A stretch of 63,116 nucleotides of DNA, the filler included, from Pirum gemmata (lineage: Eukaryota): the NCBI GenBank assembly GCA_002812295.1. It is 17 parts of 17 records of this genome, joined end to end, with 100 filler letters (N's around TTAATTAATTAA, not from the genome) between each part and the next. Parts side by side here need not be neighbours in the genome. Positions count along the whole stretch, not along the records: positions 59,528 to 63,116 come from PDIN01002216.1; 16 more parts are not named here. One strand, written 5' to 3'. The position numbers were made by a program, and so were the translations under genes. A model generated the notes under the pieces. It made no database searches and was not told the DNA's origin. It saw only the letters and a list, made by a program, of their open reading frames with translations. This document shows, piece by piece, positions 60,652 to 63,116 of the stretch (the first letter of the stretch is position 1; each line of letters begins with the position of its first letter).

Positions 60652-62424
60652 ATGACTTGCACACGTGAATATACAGAGCAAGAAATGCAATTCATTGAAG
60701 AATGTAAAACTATAAAAGAAAGTATTGATGAAAATGACTTGGCAGCGCTTAATAATTTCGTGGAAAGCAAACCTCACACAGCTCATCAACGAGGAATAAT
60801 GATAGAAACATCGAGTGAGGAAATAATGATGGCCACATTGGAAATAATAAAAATGACAAGTGAACAAGACGTCGTCGCAGATATCGAAGAGGTACTTAGG
60901 GAAAAATTTCTATACAGAAAAGGTTTAACACCACTTATGTACGCTGCAGTTTGTGGTGTAGGAGAAATTGTACAGGATTTAGTTATAACAAGAGGTGTAC
61001 AAGTTGGTGTGATTAATTGTGGTATGACCGCGTTAGATTATTGTATTAAATTATGTACTGACGAAAGTAAAAGAAATGAAATCGTTTGTTTTTTATTGAA
61101 TCATGGTGGTGTTCAATATCTTGAAAAAGCGCTACCTAGTTTATGTCTTGCTTGTACTATTGATACTCCCAGTATTGAAGTTTTAGTGGAAATATTATTG
61201 AAATACGGTGCAAATCCTAATAGTAGAGCTGTAGTTTTGGAAGATTACACACCGTTAATGCTAGCTATTAATCATGAAATATCATCTTTAGCGATAAAAT
61301 GTTTAGTTAACAATGGTGCAGATGTCAATTTAGGAACTGCAGATTATATGACTCCTTTGGCAGTTGCCGCCCAAAATGCACATATATCAACTGTCAGTTA
61401 TTTATTAATGTACGGCGCTTCTTATACTTCTGGAAAGTCTGGGGATCCTTTTATTCATCCTGCTGGTCGTTGCAATCTCTTGACAGAGACCGCAGTTAGA
61501 CAATGCATTCACTCTTATACTCAAGTAGCTTTAAAAAGGGTTCCTGAAATGGATATAATTTCTTCTATTAGCTTCGTTTATTATATTTTGCTTGCAGCTA
61601 TACAAACTCGTGATGGAACTACCGTAAATATGTGTTTAGTGATTTTGAGATCAATCGTAGAATTGGGTGGGGAACAAGTTAATATAACATTGGATACGAT
61701 ATTTGATATGCCATCACCAACTCCCTGTCGATTACCTTATACCCCAGTTCAAGTTGCTTGTTTACACGGGTATGATGATATGTTGACCCTATTACTGGCT
61801 TCAGTTCCTGTGGATATCAATTTGAGAAACACAGAAAACGAAACTGCAATGGATATGGCTATGAAATTTCGGCATTTTAAATGTGTAGAATTATTAAGAC
61901 AACATCAAAACATTAATATTAAGCCACCATCTTATACACTTTCTGAACAATTCCCTGCTCAACACCAGCACCAACTACAATCACAATCACAATTATCATC
62001 ACAATCACAAGTACCATTATTACAACAACCAAGGCAAATGGTACAACAACAACAACAACAACAACAGCAAGTACAACAACAACCACAATCACAACAACAA
62101 CCACAACAACTACAAAACTATCCAACACAATCACAACTACGACATCACCCAACACAATCACAACTACGAAACCACCCAACACATTCCAGACAACCTACGA
62201 AACTCGCACTAGGCAGAGAAGAAGTGATGGCCAGATGCAGTCATTGTGGGAACCTTGAACAGACAGAGGTGAGAAATAGAACTGGTTTGGGTACTATTAC
62301 AATGTGTTTTGTTATGTCTCTTTGTTTATTGTGTTGTGTGCCTTTTTGTGGCGGTAGTTTTAAAGATAAAGTTCATAAATGCCGTAAATGTAAAAGAGAA
62401 ATAGGAAGAAGCACATTTTTGTAA
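60652..62424 (+). CDS. Ankyrin-repeat protein with polyQ linker and C-terminal LITAF domain
   Basis: G.TPL..A ankyrin repeats; PPSY motif; CSHC...hydrophobic Cys-rich stretch...KDKVHKCRKC...IG LITAF signature; intronless 590-aa ORF. Confidence 0.9.
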   Translation: MTCTREYTEQEMQFIEECKTIKESIDENDLAALNNFVESKPHTAHQRGIMIETSSEEIMMATLEIIKMTSEQDVVADIEEVLREKFLYRKGLTPLMYAAVCGVGEIVQDLVITRGVQVGVINCGMTALDYCIKLCTDESKRNEIVCFLLNHGGVQYLEKALPSLCLACTIDTPSIEVLVEILLKYGANPNSRAVVLEDYTPLMLAINHEISSLAIKCLVNNGADVNLGTADYMTPLAVAAQNAHISTVSYLLMYGASYTSGKSGDPFIHPAGRCNLLTETAVRQCIHSYTQVALKRVPEMDIISSISFVYYILLAAIQTRDGTTVNMCLVILRSIVELGGEQVNITLDTIFDMPSPTPCRLPYTPVQVACLHGYDDMLTLLLASVPVDINLRNTENETAMDMAMKFRHFKCVELLRQHQNINIKPPSYTLSEQFPAQHQHQLQSQSQLSSQSQVPLLQQPRQMVQQQQQQQQQVQQQPQSQQQPQQLQNYPTQSQLRHHPTQSQLRNHPTHSRQPTKLALGREEVMARCSHCGNLEQTEVRNRTGLGTITMCFVMSLCLLCCVPFCGGSFKDKVHKCRKCKREIGRSTFL

Positions 62425-63116
62425 TTATTAAAATATAATATTATTAATATATTTTAATTAATTAATATTATATTATTATTAATATTATTGAAATATTAAT
62501 TATTATTATTATATATTATTATTATTATTATTATTATTTTAAAAAAGGGTTAGAAAAAACAAAATGTTAAATGGATAAATGGATAGTAAAATATACCAAA
62601 TTAAATGAAATAGATTTATATTGTATTGATTTGGTACTTTTTATTGTACATTTTATGATGACAAAATAACTGAAAAGCACGCATACGATATTAAAATATA
62701 ATAACAATTTTTTAAATAAAACTCATGCTTGATAATATTCATAGAACCAATCACCTTTTCTTTTAATTAAATATAGATTTTACTTTACTACTGGTAATAG
62801 TGCTCGTTACTTGTTAATTGGAGAAGGTAACGTTCAATCAGGAAAAACCAAAGTTAAAATTACCAAACCATAATTTTATTAATCATATTAATAACACGCG
62901 TATTAATACGACCAATAGCTATAGCAATTATAATATTATAATAATTTCAAAGATTCATTTGGTTTGGTTTGGTTTGGTTTGGTTTGGTTTTGTATTGTCA
63001 AACTATGATAACCTTTTAAGCTTCTAACCCCTAACCCTAACCCTAACCTTATAACTTTTAATAATATTAATATTATAAATATTTTATTTATATTATTTAA
63101 TAATAGTAATTAAAAT

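Noticed and set aside
1..63116. Ciliate-style nanochromosomes or programmed fragmentation (gene-sized pieces ending in telomeric repeats)
   Set aside because: Several terminal arrays have the wrong polarity for chromosome ends (14831-14851, 22253-22285, 37120-37158), one lies in an intron (44137-44453), genes are truncated at contig edges, and the uniform size is best explained by size sorting.

Overview
This is very AT-rich eukaryotic DNA and not one locus. It consists of 17 unrelated contigs of about 3.5-3.7 kb, joined by an artificial 100-nt linker (44 N + TTAATTAATTAA + 44 N), so nothing can be inferred across linkers. The gene content suggests an opisthokont, probably a unicellular holozoan (inference): MARCH5-, TRAX- and ICMT-like exons, an ApaH/PrpE-like phosphatase end, a C2 domain, an OPT transporter, an LRR receptor, a YxxP-tailed membrane protein and an ankyrin-LITAF fusion. 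Several spliced exons missed by the ORF track were recovered by hand. TTAGGG-type repeats are interstitial throughout. They fill spliceosomal introns, often as sense-strand CCCTAA, i.e. tandem CTAAC branch-point-like motifs just before the acceptor. They also sit at a frame-breaking junction inside a transposase, form a diverged fold-back, and close an apparently circular contig. Other highlights are a whole-contig palindrome of two Crypton-like tyrosine recombinase copies, an in-frame TAG at the conserved Trp of a MARCH5 RINGv exon, a tRNA-derived SINE, at least six MITE families and a secreted double six-cysteine protein. All family assignments come from motif recognition, not database searches.
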